Below are positions 1 through 11,749 of a stretch of 64,000 bases of DNA, in pieces. Made by a program: the position numbers and the translations under genes. Numbering within the stretch: the stretch's first letter is position 1; the number at the start of each line of letters is the position of its first letter. The DNA lies in contig OZ024740.1 of NCBI GenBank assembly GCA_964016885.1, positions 62,868,001 through 62,932,000 of the forward strand, written 5' to 3'. The DNA is from Eledone cirrhosa. Taxonomy: Eukaryota. The notes below the pieces were generated by a model. That model was given only the letters and a program-made list of their open reading frames with translations, made no database searches and was not told the origin of the DNA.

Positions 1-40
<40 letters not shown>

Positions 41-46
<6 letters not shown>

Positions 47-1309
47 ATACTTTGGGAGGGTCATGTTACCTATAAGAAACACACGCACCAGTTGCTTTAC
101 TTCAATTTATTATAATAAATTTATAATAAATTTATAAATTTATAAATTTCTGGTTGGTTGGTTGGTTCCACAACCAGATAGTTGTTTATATATTGTCATA
201 GTTCTTTCGTCACAGACTCTGTGACCTCTTCAGTGACTGGGGATTCCTTTCTTTGTTTCTGTGCTTCTCCTTTGTTCTGTCCTACGCCATTTTGTTTCTG
301 TGTGTGTGTTGTGTGCTCAGTCTGCGCATGCACCACATCCGGGTGTCTGTGTGTGTTTATGTTCATTTATTTATTTGTTTATTTACATGTTACTGGTTGG
401 TTGTTTGTTCTATGTGTGTGTGTGTTTTCATTTTGTCCTTAATTGTAAGTTGTGATGTTGCTGTTCCACTCATATTTTCTATTTAATTTTGGTTGTAATT
501 CTTTTGGTTGTAATTCTTTTGTAATTCTTTTATGTTTATTGCCTCTGTAATTTGTCTAAACATTGCGTCTTTTCTGTATGTAGATTCTATTTTTATTTCT
601 ATGCTCTCTAATTTACCCTTGTGTTCTATTTTAGCATGTTGGTAGAGTACAGATGATTCTTTACTATCTTGAAGGTCTCGCCAGTGTTCATTTATCCGTT
701 CCCCTACACTACGAGCTGTCTCACCTATGTACACTATATTTTTGTCTCTACATTGTCCTTCAGTACATCTTATGCTATACACTACATTTCTAGTTTTACA
801 GTTAATATGGGAGCTTATTTTACAGGTTATACATTTCTTATCTATACATGAGGGTCTTTGAAAAGGGTATGTCTTGCTAATAAGTGTTTTTACGGAGGTA
901 CCTGGCCTTTCTACTATCTTAATATTGAGTTTATGTTTATTTAGGGCCCTTCTAAATTTGTAAGCTAATTTACCTCTAGGGGTTGTATCGATGAACTTTA
1001 TTGCTATCATACCATTAGTTTATTCTATTAGCCTTGTTCCTAGTTTTTTCTAATCTATTCCAAAATTTGCTCCTATACAAGGGACAGGTCCCATTTATGT
1101 CATTATTTACCATTTTTTCCCATTTGGTTCTGGCTCCTCTATACACTCTGATTTTATCTCTCTGATTGTATCCAGAGAACTGCATACTGTGGATGAAGTA
1201 TTGTATGTGTCTCTCTAGTTCTTCGGGGTTGCACATGCGGGACACGTTTCTCATCACCCGTACCAAATCCGCAATCAGTATGTTGATTTTGGTATGGTCC
1301 GAAACGGCT
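41..1309 (-). pseudogene. Inverted 3' fragment of the PLE (RT thumb, GIY-YIG endonuclease, pseudo-LTR)
   Basis: Reverse complement of about 2411-3668. Has a small deletion near 997 and a short tandem duplication at about 486-530. ORFs 483-1010 and 1015-1437 carry the same peptides as the plus-strand copies. Confidence 0.93.
195..237 (-). ncRNA. Minimal type I hammerhead ribozyme in PLE pseudo-LTR (family 1)
   Basis: Minus strand reads GUCA CUGAAGA G GUCACAG-AGU-CUGUGAC GAAA G AA C UA^UGAC: stem I 4 bp, stem II 7 bp, minimal stem III. Confidence 0.8.
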
Positions 1310-1316
1310 GAATATA

Positions 1317-3269
1317 ATGCAGCCCAACAAAAGGACTGCCAACAACTTCCAGGCCTGGAACAATGACGTGCCGGCGTTGTATGGGCTTCGAAAAGACCAT
1401 AAAACGGGCAGTGACCCTGTCGCGGGACCACCAACACGGCCAGTCTGTGGAGCTAACATTGCTAGTAACTACAGACTGTCCTACTTCCTCTCCCTGATCA
1501 TACGCCCCATTATCGAAATGTCCCCAGATGTATGTGACAGCACGGAGGACCTCCTCAGCAGAATCGGCGTGAGTAACCGATCTAGGGACCTAACAAACTG
1601 CATAATAGGTAGTATGGATGTTGTGTCCCTGTATCCATCTATTGACGTGGATTTTGCTGTGGAGAAATGCGTAGAAATGATCAGTGAGTGCAATGTTGAG
1701 TTCCGTGGGATTGATACCAGTGAGCTGGGACTCCTACTTAAACTTACCTATAGTAATAATTACCTAGACACATATGACCTTAGCAACCTGTGCCCTACAA
1801 GACCAGCAAGAGGCAGACCACCTACCATTACCTCAATGGCCAAGAAAACCCACACAGATAGATGGAACGGGTGGACCAGAGCCATACGGACACCCGAAAA
1901 CCACGATGAACTGAAGAAAATGATTGCACATGCGGTAGGGGCCAGCATAAAACTAACCCTTAAGGAACATATGTTCAAATTTAATGGAAAAACATATGCT
2001 CAAGAGGAAGGAGCAGCCATTGGTGTTAGCAATGCAGGCGACATAGCTAACTTATTCATGGTATGGTGGGACAGTAGACTTAAACTTAAGCTTAAAGAAC
2101 AATTAGAAGACCCCTTAACCCTGATAATGTACTCCCGCTACGTTGATGATATAAACATCGTAGTTAAGACACCCCCACTAGAGAACAGTCAGGAACTAGA
2201 GAAGTACACAATGGAAAGCATCCAGCAAATAGCTAACTCCATCCACCAGAGCATTAGAGTTACTATAGACTACCCAAGTAAACACCCCAACCATCGATTA
2301 CCTGTACTAGACACAGAGCTCTGGTTAGATACCATTAATAACAAAAGACAAATCCTCCATTCCCATTATGCCAAACCCATGACTTCCAAACATCTAATCC
2401 ACCGAAACTCGGCCGTTTCGGACCATACCAAAATCAACATACTGATTGCGGATTTGGTACGGGTGATGAGAAACGTGTCCCGCATGTGCAACCCCGAAGA
2501 ACTAGAGAGGCACATACAACACTTCATCCACCGTATGCAGTTCTCTGGATACACTCAGAGAGATAAAATCAGAGTGTATAGAGGAGTCAGAACCAAATGT
2601 GAAAAAATGGTAAATAATGACATAAATGGGACCTGCCCTTTGTATAGGAGCAAATTTTGGAATAGAATAGAAAGAACTAGGAACAAGGCTAATAGAATAA
2701 ACTCATGGTATGATAGCAATAAATACCAGAGTGTAATGTTCATCGATACAACCCCTAGAGGTGAATTAGCTTACAAATTTAGAAGGGCCCTAAATAAACA
2801 TAAACTCAATATTAAGATAGTAGAAAGACCAGGTACCTCCGTAAAAACACTTATTAGCAAGACATACCCTTTTCAAAGACCCTCATGTATAGTTAAGAAA
2901 TGTATAACCTGTAAAATAAGCCCCCATATTAACTGTAAAACTAGAAATGTAGTGTATAGCATAAGATGTACTGAAGGACAATGTAGAGACAAAAATATAG
3001 TGTACATAGGTGAGACAGCTCGTAGTGTAGGGGAACGGATAAATGAACACTGGCGAGACCTTCAAGACAGTAAAGAATCATCTGTACTCTACCAACATGC
3101 TAAAATAGAACACAAGGGTAAATTAGAGAACATAGAAATAAAAATAGAATCTACACACAGAAAAGACGCAATGTTTAGACAAATTACAGAGGCAATAAAC
3201 ATAAAAGAATTACAACCAAAATTAAATAGAAAATATGAGTGGAACAGCAACATCACAACTTACAATTAA
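1317..3269 (+). CDS. PLE reverse transcriptase + GIY-YIG endonuclease (5'-truncated, uninterrupted frame)
   Basis: RT motifs PALYGLRKDHK, PTRPVCG, GSMDVVSLYPSI, QEEGAAIG, YSRYVDD, LPVLD, HYAKPM. Cys-rich linker CxxxxCxxC...C, then VVYSIRC...YIGETARS, ERINEH and RQITEA of a GIY-YIG domain. Confidence 0.95.
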   Translation: MQPNKRTANNFQAWNNDVPALYGLRKDHKTGSDPVAGPPTRPVCGANIASNYRLSYFLSLIIRPIIEMSPDVCDSTEDLLSRIGVSNRSRDLTNCIIGSMDVVSLYPSIDVDFAVEKCVEMISECNVEFRGIDTSELGLLLKLTYSNNYLDTYDLSNLCPTRPARGRPPTITSMAKKTHTDRWNGWTRAIRTPENHDELKKMIAHAVGASIKLTLKEHMFKFNGKTYAQEEGAAIGVSNAGDIANLFMVWWDSRLKLKLKEQLEDPLTLIMYSRYVDDINIVVKTPPLENSQELEKYTMESIQQIANSIHQSIRVTIDYPSKHPNHRLPVLDTELWLDTINNKRQILHSHYAKPMTSKHLIHRNSAVSDHTKINILIADLVRVMRNVSRMCNPEELERHIQHFIHRMQFSGYTQRDKIRVYRGVRTKCEKMVNNDINGTCPLYRSKFWNRIERTRNKANRINSWYDSNKYQSVMFIDTTPRGELAYKFRRALNKHKLNIKIVERPGTSVKTLISKTYPFQRPSCIVKKCITCKISPHINCKTRNVVYSIRCTEGQCRDKNIVYIGETARSVGERINEHWRDLQDSKESSVLYQHAKIEHKGKLENIEIKIESTHRKDAMFRQITEAINIKELQPKLNRKYEWNSNITTYN

Positions 3270-3365
3270 GGACAAAATGAAAACACACACACACATAGAA
3301 CAAACAACCAACCAGTAACATGTAAATAAACAAATAAATAAATGAACATAAACACACACAGACAC

Positions 3366-3423
3366 CCGGATGTGGCGCATGCGCAGACTGAGCATACAAC
3401 ACACACACAGAAACAAAATGGCG
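3366..3423 (+). promoter_or_regulatory. Candidate pseudo-LTR promoter: ETS-like CCGGATGT, NRF1-like GCGCATGCGC, YY1-like CAAAATGGCG
   Basis: Three consensus matches within 60 bp (3366, 3375, 3414), upstream of the HHR and the ATG of the downstream copy. Repeated at about 7434-7491. Motif match only. Confidence 0.45.
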
Positions 3424-3470
3424 TAGGACAGAACAAAGGAGAGGCACAGAAACAAAGAAAGGAATCCCCA

Positions 3471-3513
3471 GTCACTGAAGAGGTCACAGAGTGTGTGGCG
3501 AAAGAACTATGAC
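3471..3513 (+). ncRNA. Minimal type I hammerhead ribozyme in PLE pseudo-LTR (family 1)
   Basis: GUCA CUGAAGA G GUCACA-GAGUG-UGUGGC GAAA GAAC UA^UGAC. Stem II is kept through a U-G wobble. Confidence 0.8.
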
Positions 3514-3642
3514 AATATATAAACAACTATCTGGTTGTGGAACCAACCAACCAACCAGAAATTTATACATTTATAAATTTATTATAAATTTATTATAATA
3601 AATTGAAGTGAAAGCAATGTGTGTGTGTTTCTTATTGGCAAC

Positions 3643-6600
3643 ATGACCCTCCCAAAGTATAACAATATCGGTTTCAACACACGATTTCAGATAAAGAATC
3701 TTGCTAAACAAATTCAGAAACGAAATATCGTAAGCCTTAGCCAGGCTAACAAGATACTGAAAACCACCATGTTCTGTTGTCTACGAAAAACCATAACATC
3801 TCGACAACTACACTTCATAAAAGAATGTGCCTCGTCCCGAGTTTACACCAACACCATCAACACCGACGTAAGAAGATTACAACTCTCCAAAAAACAAGCA
3901 GATAGGCTAAAACGAACACTAATTCTAAACATAAAAAAGAAGATCTATAGAGAATTAAGTCATCAAGAAAAACATAAGCGTAACCTAATACAAGTAATAG
4001 CTAGGATCACCACACCAAGAGAGAAACTAATATTTATAAGCCTTATACGTCCTGAAGAACAGTACATTACTCAAGAATGTGATAAGCACTTTAACAAGAA
4101 ACTAAAGTGGCTTAAGCAGATAAAGCTAAATCAGGATACTATAGAGAATACCAATAGATATCCCGACAAAATTGACGGTATAAATATGGCTGACACCTCA
4201 TTAACAGATGAGTTCAACAACAACAACAACACAAATATATACGGCAACACAGTAATAGATGACGATGAATTATCTGTATTACAACTTCCACCTAAGTATG
4301 CGACATTCAAGAAGGTAAATATGATTAGTTGTCTGTCAGAAATAGAAAAATCATTTACAAAACTACGCTGGAGCCTCAAAAACAAAAACAAAAACAAAAG
4401 CAACAATATACGCACACACATATACAACACACATCCCAACAACAACAGACACACAGACACAAACAACAATAAGAACAACACACACACCAACAACAACAAC
4501 AACAACAATAATAACATACCCAGAAACAACAACAACAGACACGCAGACACAAACAACAATAACAACACACACCACAATAATAACACACACGGAGACAACA
4601 ACAACACACATCAACAACAGCACACATCAACAACAACACACACACATTCAATGCGTCTCACCACCACCACAATCTTAACAAACACACAGACACAGAAAAC
4701 AAGTAATGACAGTAGCACAGAAATAAGGGAAAGTAATAGGATTAAAAGGAGAAGGGAGACTAAGGACAAAGAAAATAACCAAGACGAACACACAGACTCA
4801 CAAAATAGGGTAGATAACAATAATGAGCCAGTGGAAAGAGACAGGAGTAATTATGAGAGACATAGAACAACCATGAGGCTGTTGGTGGAAATAGAAATAG
4901 AAACAACACAACTAACAATAACAATGGCACTAGTACACATAAAGCAGCAGCCTGGAACTCTAGTTTTTATAATCCCTCCGATAAATCGTTCGACCTGCGA
5001 CGAGTCCACGCCACGACTTTACCATTTAACAAACGCACGCAATTGCCGTCGCAGGTCGATGAACAAACAGAAGTACAATTTAGTATAGCTAGATCCGAAC
5101 TTAGAAATATTATAGAACAGTATAGCAAGAAGCATAATAGAATGGAGGCCCAGCAACTGGGAGAAAAATCTGCAAATGGCTTGCGTAAGCTCATGCAGCG
5201 CTCGCGTAATGGAGAGATAGCATGCTTTCCAACAGACAAGTCTGGCAGAATGTCGGTTGACAGCCTGCCAAACTACATCCAGGCAATGCAACCCCACATC
5301 ACTAACACAAGAGAGGTAACACCACAGGAGCATGAGGATAGAGAAAAAGCCCTCAATGCCCATATGGTGATGTGGACGAATATAATGCAGCCCAACAAAA
5401 GGACTGCCAACAACTTCCAGGCCTGGAACAATGACGTGCCGGCGTTGTATGGGCTTCGAAAAGACCATAAAACGGGCAGTGACCCTGTCGCGGGACCACC
5501 AACACGGCCAGTCTGTGGAGCTAACATTGCTAGTAACTACAGACTGTCCTACTTCCTCTCCCTGATAATACGCCCCATCATCGAAATGTCCCCAGATGTA
5601 TGTGACAGCACGGAGGACCTCCTCAGCAGAATCGGCGTGAGTAACCGATCTAGGGACCTAACAAACTGCATAATAGGTAGTATGGATGTTGTGTCCCTGT
5701 ATCCATCTATTGACGTGGATTTTGCTGTGGAGAAATGCGTAGAAATGATCAGTGAGAGCAATGTTGAGTTCCGTGGGATTGATACCAGTGAGCTGGGACT
5801 CCTACTTAAACTTACCTATAGTAATAATTACCTAGACACATGTGACCTTAGCAACCTGTGCACTACAAGACCAGCAAGAGGCAGACCACCTACCATTATC
5901 TCAATGGCCAAGAAAACCCACACAGATAGATGGAACGGGTGGACCAGAGCCATACGGACACCCGAAAACCACGATGAACTGAAGAAAATGATTGCACATG
6001 CGGTAGGGGCCAGCATAAAACTAACCCTTAAGGAACATATGTTCAAATTTAATGGAAAAACATATGCTCAAGAGGAAGGAGCAGCCATTGGTGTTAGCAT
6101 TGCAGGCGACATAGCTAACTTATTCATGGTATGGTGGGACAGTAGACTTAAACTTATGCTTAAAGAACAATTAGAAGACACCTTAAACCTGATAATGTAC
6201 TCCCGCTACGTTGATGATATAAACATCGTAGTTAAGACACCCCCACTAGAGAACAGTAAGGAACTAGAGAAGAACACAATGGAAAGCATCCAGCAGATAG
6301 CTAACTCCATCCACCAGAGCATTAGAGTTACTATAGACTACCCAAGTAAACACCCCAACCATCGATTACCTGTACTAGACACAGAGCTCTGGTTAGATAC
6401 CATTAATAACAAAAGACAAATCCTCCATTCCCATTATGCCAAACCTATGACTTCCAAACATCTGATCCACCGAAACTCGGCCGTTTCGGACCATACCAAA
6501 ATCAACATACTGATTGCGGATTTGGTACGGGTGATGAGAATCGTGACCCGCATGTGCAACCCCGAAGAACTAGAGAGGCACATACAACACTTCATCCACC

Positions 6601-7337
6601 GTATGCAGTTCTCTGGATACAATCAGAGAGATAAAATCAGAGTGTATAGAGGAGCCAGAACCAAATGGGAAAAAATGGTAAATAATGACATAAATGGGAC
6701 CTGCCCCTTGTATAGGAGCACATTTTGGAATAGAATAGAAAGAACTAGGAACAAGGCTAATAGAATAAACTCATGGTATGATAGCAATAAATACCAGAGT
6801 GTAATGTTCATCGATACAACCCCTAGAGGTGAATTAGCTTACAAATTTAGAAGGGCCCTAAATAAACATAAAGTCAATATTATGATAGTAGAAAGACCAG
6901 GTACCTCCGTAAAAAACACTTATTAGCAAGACATACCCTTTTCAAAGACCCTCATGTATAGATAAGAAATGTATAACCTGTAAAATAGGCCCCCATATTA
7001 ACTGTAAAACTAGAAATGTAGTGTATAGCATAAGATGTACTGAAGGACAATGTAGAGACAAAAATATAGTGTACATAGGTGAGACAGCTCGTAGTGTAGG
7101 GGAACGGATAAATGAACACTGGCGAGACCTTCAAGATAGTAAAGAATCATCTGTACTCTACCAACATGCTAAAATAGAACACAAGGGTAAATTAGAGAAC
7201 ATAGAAATAAAAATAGAATCTACACACAGAAAAGACGCAATGTTTAGACAAATTATAGAGGCAATAAACATAAAAAATTACAACCAAAATTAAATAGAAA
7301 ATATGAGTGGAACAGCAACATCACAACTTACAATTAA
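3643..7337 (+). pseudogene. Full-length PLE ORF (N-terminal domain, Asn/Thr-rich insert, RT, GIY-YIG) broken by about 3 single-base frameshifts
   Basis: ATG at 3643 (MTLPKYNNIG). A shift near 4865 enters the frame reading FYNPSDKSFDLRRVHATTLPFNKR into ORF 5043-6926. Relative to the upstream copy there is an extra A at about 6911 and a lost base at about 7275. The stop at 7335-7337 matches 3267-3269. Confidence 0.88.
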
Positions 7338-7538
7338 GGACAAAATGAAAACACACACACACATAGAACAAACAACCAACCAGTAACATGTAAATAAACA
7401 AATAAATAAATGAACATAAACACACACAGACACCCGGATGTGGCGCATGCGCAGACTGAGCACACAACACACACACAGAAACAAAATGGCGTAGGATAGA
7501 ACAAAGGAGAAGCACAGAAACAAAGAAAGGAATCCCCA

Positions 7539-7581
7539 GTCACTGAAGAGGTCACAGAGTCTGTGACGAAAGAACTATGAC
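7539..7581 (+). ncRNA. Minimal type I hammerhead ribozyme in PLE pseudo-LTR (family 1)
   Basis: GUCA CUGAAGA G GUCACAG-AGU-CUGUGAC GAAA GAAC UA^UGAC. Confidence 0.82.
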
Positions 7582-7792
7582 AATATATAAACAACAATCT
7601 GGTTGTGGAACCAACCAACCAACCAAAAATTTATTAATTTATAAATTTATTATAAATTTATTATAATAAATTGAAGTGAAAGCAACTGGTGCGTGTGTTT
7701 CTTATTGGCAACATGACCCTCCCAAAGTATAACAATATCGGTTTCAACACACGATTTCAGATAAAGAATCTCGCTAAACAAATTCAGAGACG

Positions 7793-7855
<63 letters not shown>

Positions 7856-8455
7856 TATGTATATATATATAGAGAGAGAGAAAGAGAGAGAGAGAGACAG
7901 AGAGAGAGAGAGAAAACGGCGTATTGGCAGAATGGTTAAGACGTCGGATAGAATGCTTTACGTTATTCGTCCCACCTCATTGCGTGCTCTGAGTTCAAAT
8001 CCCACCGTGGTCAACTTTGCCTTTCATCTTTTCAAGGTTGATAGAAAAAGTATCAGTTCAGGACTGGGGTCGATTCTTTCTCTAGAAAAAAATCGACTGT
8101 GTTCAGACCTAGAGAGGGTTGGGGTCCGCCAGGTTAAAAAGTGCCCTGGACACGCTGTATGAAGGTACCTCTATGACTCCCAAGGAGTTATAGGATCCTT
8201 ATAATATAGAAAAAAAGTAAGAATGAAAACAGTACGGAAATATATTTAAGTACTCTTTTTTACTTTTCCTTCTTTAATCTGGCAAAGTGACATTCCCGTC
8301 GAAATTAACTTTGCCTTTAATACTTACGGGGTCGATAAAATAAAGTACCAGTAATGCATTGAGATAATTTCTGGCCTTGTTCCAAAATTAGAAACAATTA
8401 GTGGAAAAGGAGAAGAACAATTTTTTTTTAAAAAGGAGTTTTATAAAATATATAA

Positions 8456-8495
8456 AATATAACCGGTTTCGATGTAATCCATCTTATCAAATATT
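8456..8495 (-). ncRNA. Hammerhead-like motif with U3-A8 core variant (family 8)
   Basis: Minus strand reads AAUAU UUGAUAA GAUG-GAUUA-CAUC GAAA CCGG UU^AUAUU: stem I 5 bp, stem II 4 bp, palindromic CCGG at stem III. Confidence 0.6.
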
Positions 8496-8701
8496 AAATA
8501 TTACAATTAACATTAAAGAGAACAAGAATTAAAAATTGTTGAAAGCCCTTCAGCTATGGATTATGAAATTAATGGCGTAGCGCCATCTGGCATGTTCCAG
8601 CAGCAGCCAAGGACGGGTAACTCGCAACAATGACGTCATCGTTTCTGACTCTGGTCGTTATTAAGCTAGTGCTCCTTACCCCGCTCACTGCTGGAACTCA
8701 A

Positions 8702-9696
8702 TATAGGCGAAGACAAAGAAAAGGCAGAGTTAATAACTCATATTGATACCCTGTAATTAACAAGCTCAAAGTATAAATACTGAGCATTATATAATAGTGA
8801 ATTATAAAGTAAAATGATAAAATAAAGTACCAGTAATGCACTGGGTAATTGCTGGCCTTGTGCCTAAAGTAGAAACAATTATATAATAGTGAATTGGCAG
8901 TATCGGTAGAGGGTCGGACATGCTTTCCACCATAGTTACGTCCCTTTACGATCTGAGTTCAAATCCGGCCGAGGTTAACTTTGCCTTTCATCCTTACGGG
9001 GTCGATAAAATAAAGTACCAGTAATGTACTGGGTAATTGCTGGACTTGTGCCTAAAATAGAAACAATTATATAATAATATATGTAGTAATAAACACAGTA
9101 AATCGTGTGTCTAAAATTACGAGGGTTGAAATACCACGTTGGTTTGACAAATTTAACCTGAAGCAAACGGAAAATACAGAAATTATACTGACCGTCTCAA
9201 TAACTATTACATCTCCCGGACCGATTAGAGATTTAATCTGTTTCGCCCTGAGAATTGTGTTTGTAACAGATAATCCGTGGGCATCATCAGCGAGAGAATT
9301 AGATTAAATGTGGCAAACACCTAAAGCTAAAAGCCACACGAATGAACATTTCACCTCGTGCGCTAGAAGTCAAAAGTGGTGTGAGTGGATAGGCTAGAAA
9401 CAATAGACTTAGTACACCCAACTTATAAGCTCACCTAGTTAGGGTTAGGGTTAACGTGGTATTTCAACCCTCGTAATTTTAGACACACGATTTACTGTGT
9501 TTATTACTACATATATTATTATATAATGCTCAGTATTTATACTTTGAGCTTGTTAATTACAGGGTATCAATATGAGTTATTAACTCTGCCTTTTATTTGT
9601 ATTTTGGGTGTACTAAGCCTATTGTTTCTAGCCTATCCACTCACACTACTTTTGACTTCTAGCACACGAGGTGAAATGTTCATTCGTATAGGCGAA
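8702..9696. repeat. Multi-segment inverted duplication with internal (TTAGGG)n, bounded by a 10-bp direct repeat
   Basis: 8713-8793 pairs with 9521-9600, 9068-9141 with 9453-9524, and 9338-9420 with 9604-9687. TTAGGGTTAGGGTTA at 9439-9453. TATAGGCGAA at 8702 and 9687. Confidence 0.8.
8893..9070 (+). mobile_element. tRNA-derived SINE (family A, short-tail form)
   Basis: A-box-like TGGCAGTATCGG, B-box-like GTTCAAATCC, body CTTTGCCTTTCATCCTTACGGGGTCGATAAAATAAAGTACCAG shared with many other copies in the window. Confidence 0.85.
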
Positions 9697-10123
9697 AACA
9701 TATATTTTAGAAGCCTATGTACATGGGCTGATCAGCCTCATTTGCATATAGAGCAATCGGCAGGCTCGGCTGGAAAATAAAATTAGCTAAAGGCTTTCAA
9801 AATGTTTATTTATAAACGCACCGTATATCGCCAGATATACAAATTCACGTATTTCATATACACAGCTATGTTAGAGTTAACACCCTAATTTTATTTTCCG
9901 GTCGAGCCAGCCGATAGTTCTATATATTGACATGATATTTAAAAGCAAGTGATAGTATGATGGTGCATCTATTTGTGCCATCAAAACAAAAGCAGAGATC
10001 CGGTGAACAAATTACCGCATTTTTCTGGGATATAAGAAGCATTAGTGTATAAAACGTATCTTTAAGAAAAAATGTTTTGAGAAAAACATTTTAACAGTAT
10101 TTAAAATATTTTTATTATATATA

Positions 10124-10166
<43 letters not shown>

Positions 10167-10420
10167 CATACACACATATATATACATATATATATATATG
10201 TGTATGTGTGTGTGTGTTTGTGTGTGGTAAAAACTGAAATGTGTTCATCCCGATGGAAATAATCATAATAGTAAATGATCATCATAATCCCTATAAATAA
10301 TGATTGAGAAAATCGGGTAAAATATAAACTGTGACTGCGAGAAATAATAAATAATAAATGTGACTGCGAGAAATCGAACCCCATATTTATTGGATATCGC
10401 TGGTTACAAATTTCGTCTCT

Positions 10421-11470
10421 TTAAAAGGTTTTAGCCAATATATACAGCGGAGAAAACTCTTTAGTTATGTCAAAGATATGATCACCTCTCCATATCTGGA
10501 AGAGTGTCCAATGTATTATCTTGGCTACTTCATCGTGCCCCCATATTTTGTATTCATATTGCTCCAAATTAGGGCACTCAGCAGCAATGTATACCATTGT
10601 CTCCGCGAACATTCCACACAACCTGCACATTGGCGATATGTTTTCCTTTATATGCTGTTACTAATGTGATTGAATTTGATAGCTTGGTCTTGAGCAGCTA
10701 TGATTTTTGCTTTCCGTTCCGTTCTTTAGATTTCCTTTTCTAACACAATCCTACGTATATTTGCCTCTCAGTTCTTTGGTTCTTTGTTCAAAATGTCCAT
10801 GTATTGCTTTCTGCACCCTTAACTTTTTATTCTTTTTCTGCACCTCTTCCTTACTTTTTTCTCCCTTTTCTTTCATTAATACCAGTTCCTTCTTCGCTGC
10901 TTTAATTGGGCTTCGTTCTGTGTAATTAAGCAGGCTTTTCTTTTCCCTGATCACTCGGTCGTTGACATCAATATGTCTTCGACTTGCATCTCTCCTTTTC
11001 ATGTACAGCCAATCTGTATCTGCTCATGTGTGATGGGCACTATACATAATGAATAATTCTCTGGCTTTCCTATCCATTGCTTGGAGCTCCAACTTGGTCC
11101 ATTCTATAACACCAGCTCCTTACTTTATCACTGACTCGGTTCTTCTATTATTTACTATAATCATGTTTCTTCCATTTAGTTGGCTCTTAAGAATTTACGG
11201 AATCTTTCTGAAGTACTCCTTTTCCTGTTCTGTTATTTGCCCTCTCCCAAAAAATTCCAATATTTGTAGTTAGAACATTATTCTACTGATTTTGTGTGTT
11301 CTTCATTTGGTATGGTCAACACAGAACATTTTTTAATACAAACTTCATTTTAATATTCTCTGAGAAAACTCCAATTTTCATATTTGGCAAACATTTTCAG
11401 GTCATCCATGAACAGCAGATAATTCAACTTTCCATTCCCTCAACCTAGACTATAAGTAGATCTCATTCTT
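10421..11470 (-). pseudogene. Decayed R4/Dong-like LINE (RT core to CCHC knuckle)
   Basis: Minus strand gives LNYLLFMDD at about 11400-11428 and CRLCGMFAETMVYIAAEC in ORF 10421-10630, with many stops and frameshifts. Confidence 0.75.
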
Positions 11471-11534
11471 CAACAAAATCAGAGAAGACTTATTGCCACT
11501 ACAACTATTATAAATAAATAAATAAATAAATATA

Positions 11535-11574
<40 letters not shown>

Positions 11575-11749
11575 AAATAAAGAAATCATTATTATTCACG
11601 GCTCTTTACGGTCTGAGTTCAAATCCCACCGAGGTTAACTTTGCTTTTCATCCTTATGGGGTCGATAAAATAAAGTACCAGTAATGCACTGGGATAATTG
11701 ATGGTCTTGTGCCAAAAGTAGAAACAATTATTATTATTACTTTGATATC

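Larger units (their letters stand above)
41..7798. mobile_element. Penelope-like retroelement composite insertion (inverted 3' copy + 5'-truncated copy + full-length copy, unit about 4068 bp), Naiad-like
   Basis: Three near-identical copies of an RT/GIY-YIG coding region and 3' UTR: 41-1309 on minus, 1310-3642 and 3643-7798 head-to-tail on plus. (TA)n flanks both ends (1-40 and 7799-7850). Tandem plus inverted pseudo-LTR architecture is typical of PLEs. Confidence 0.95.

Noticed and set aside
182-486. Cys/Val/Phe-rich ORFs here and at 3222-3526, 4131-4651 and 7290-7618
   Set aside because: Antisense readings of AC-rich PLE UTR or low-complexity sequence.
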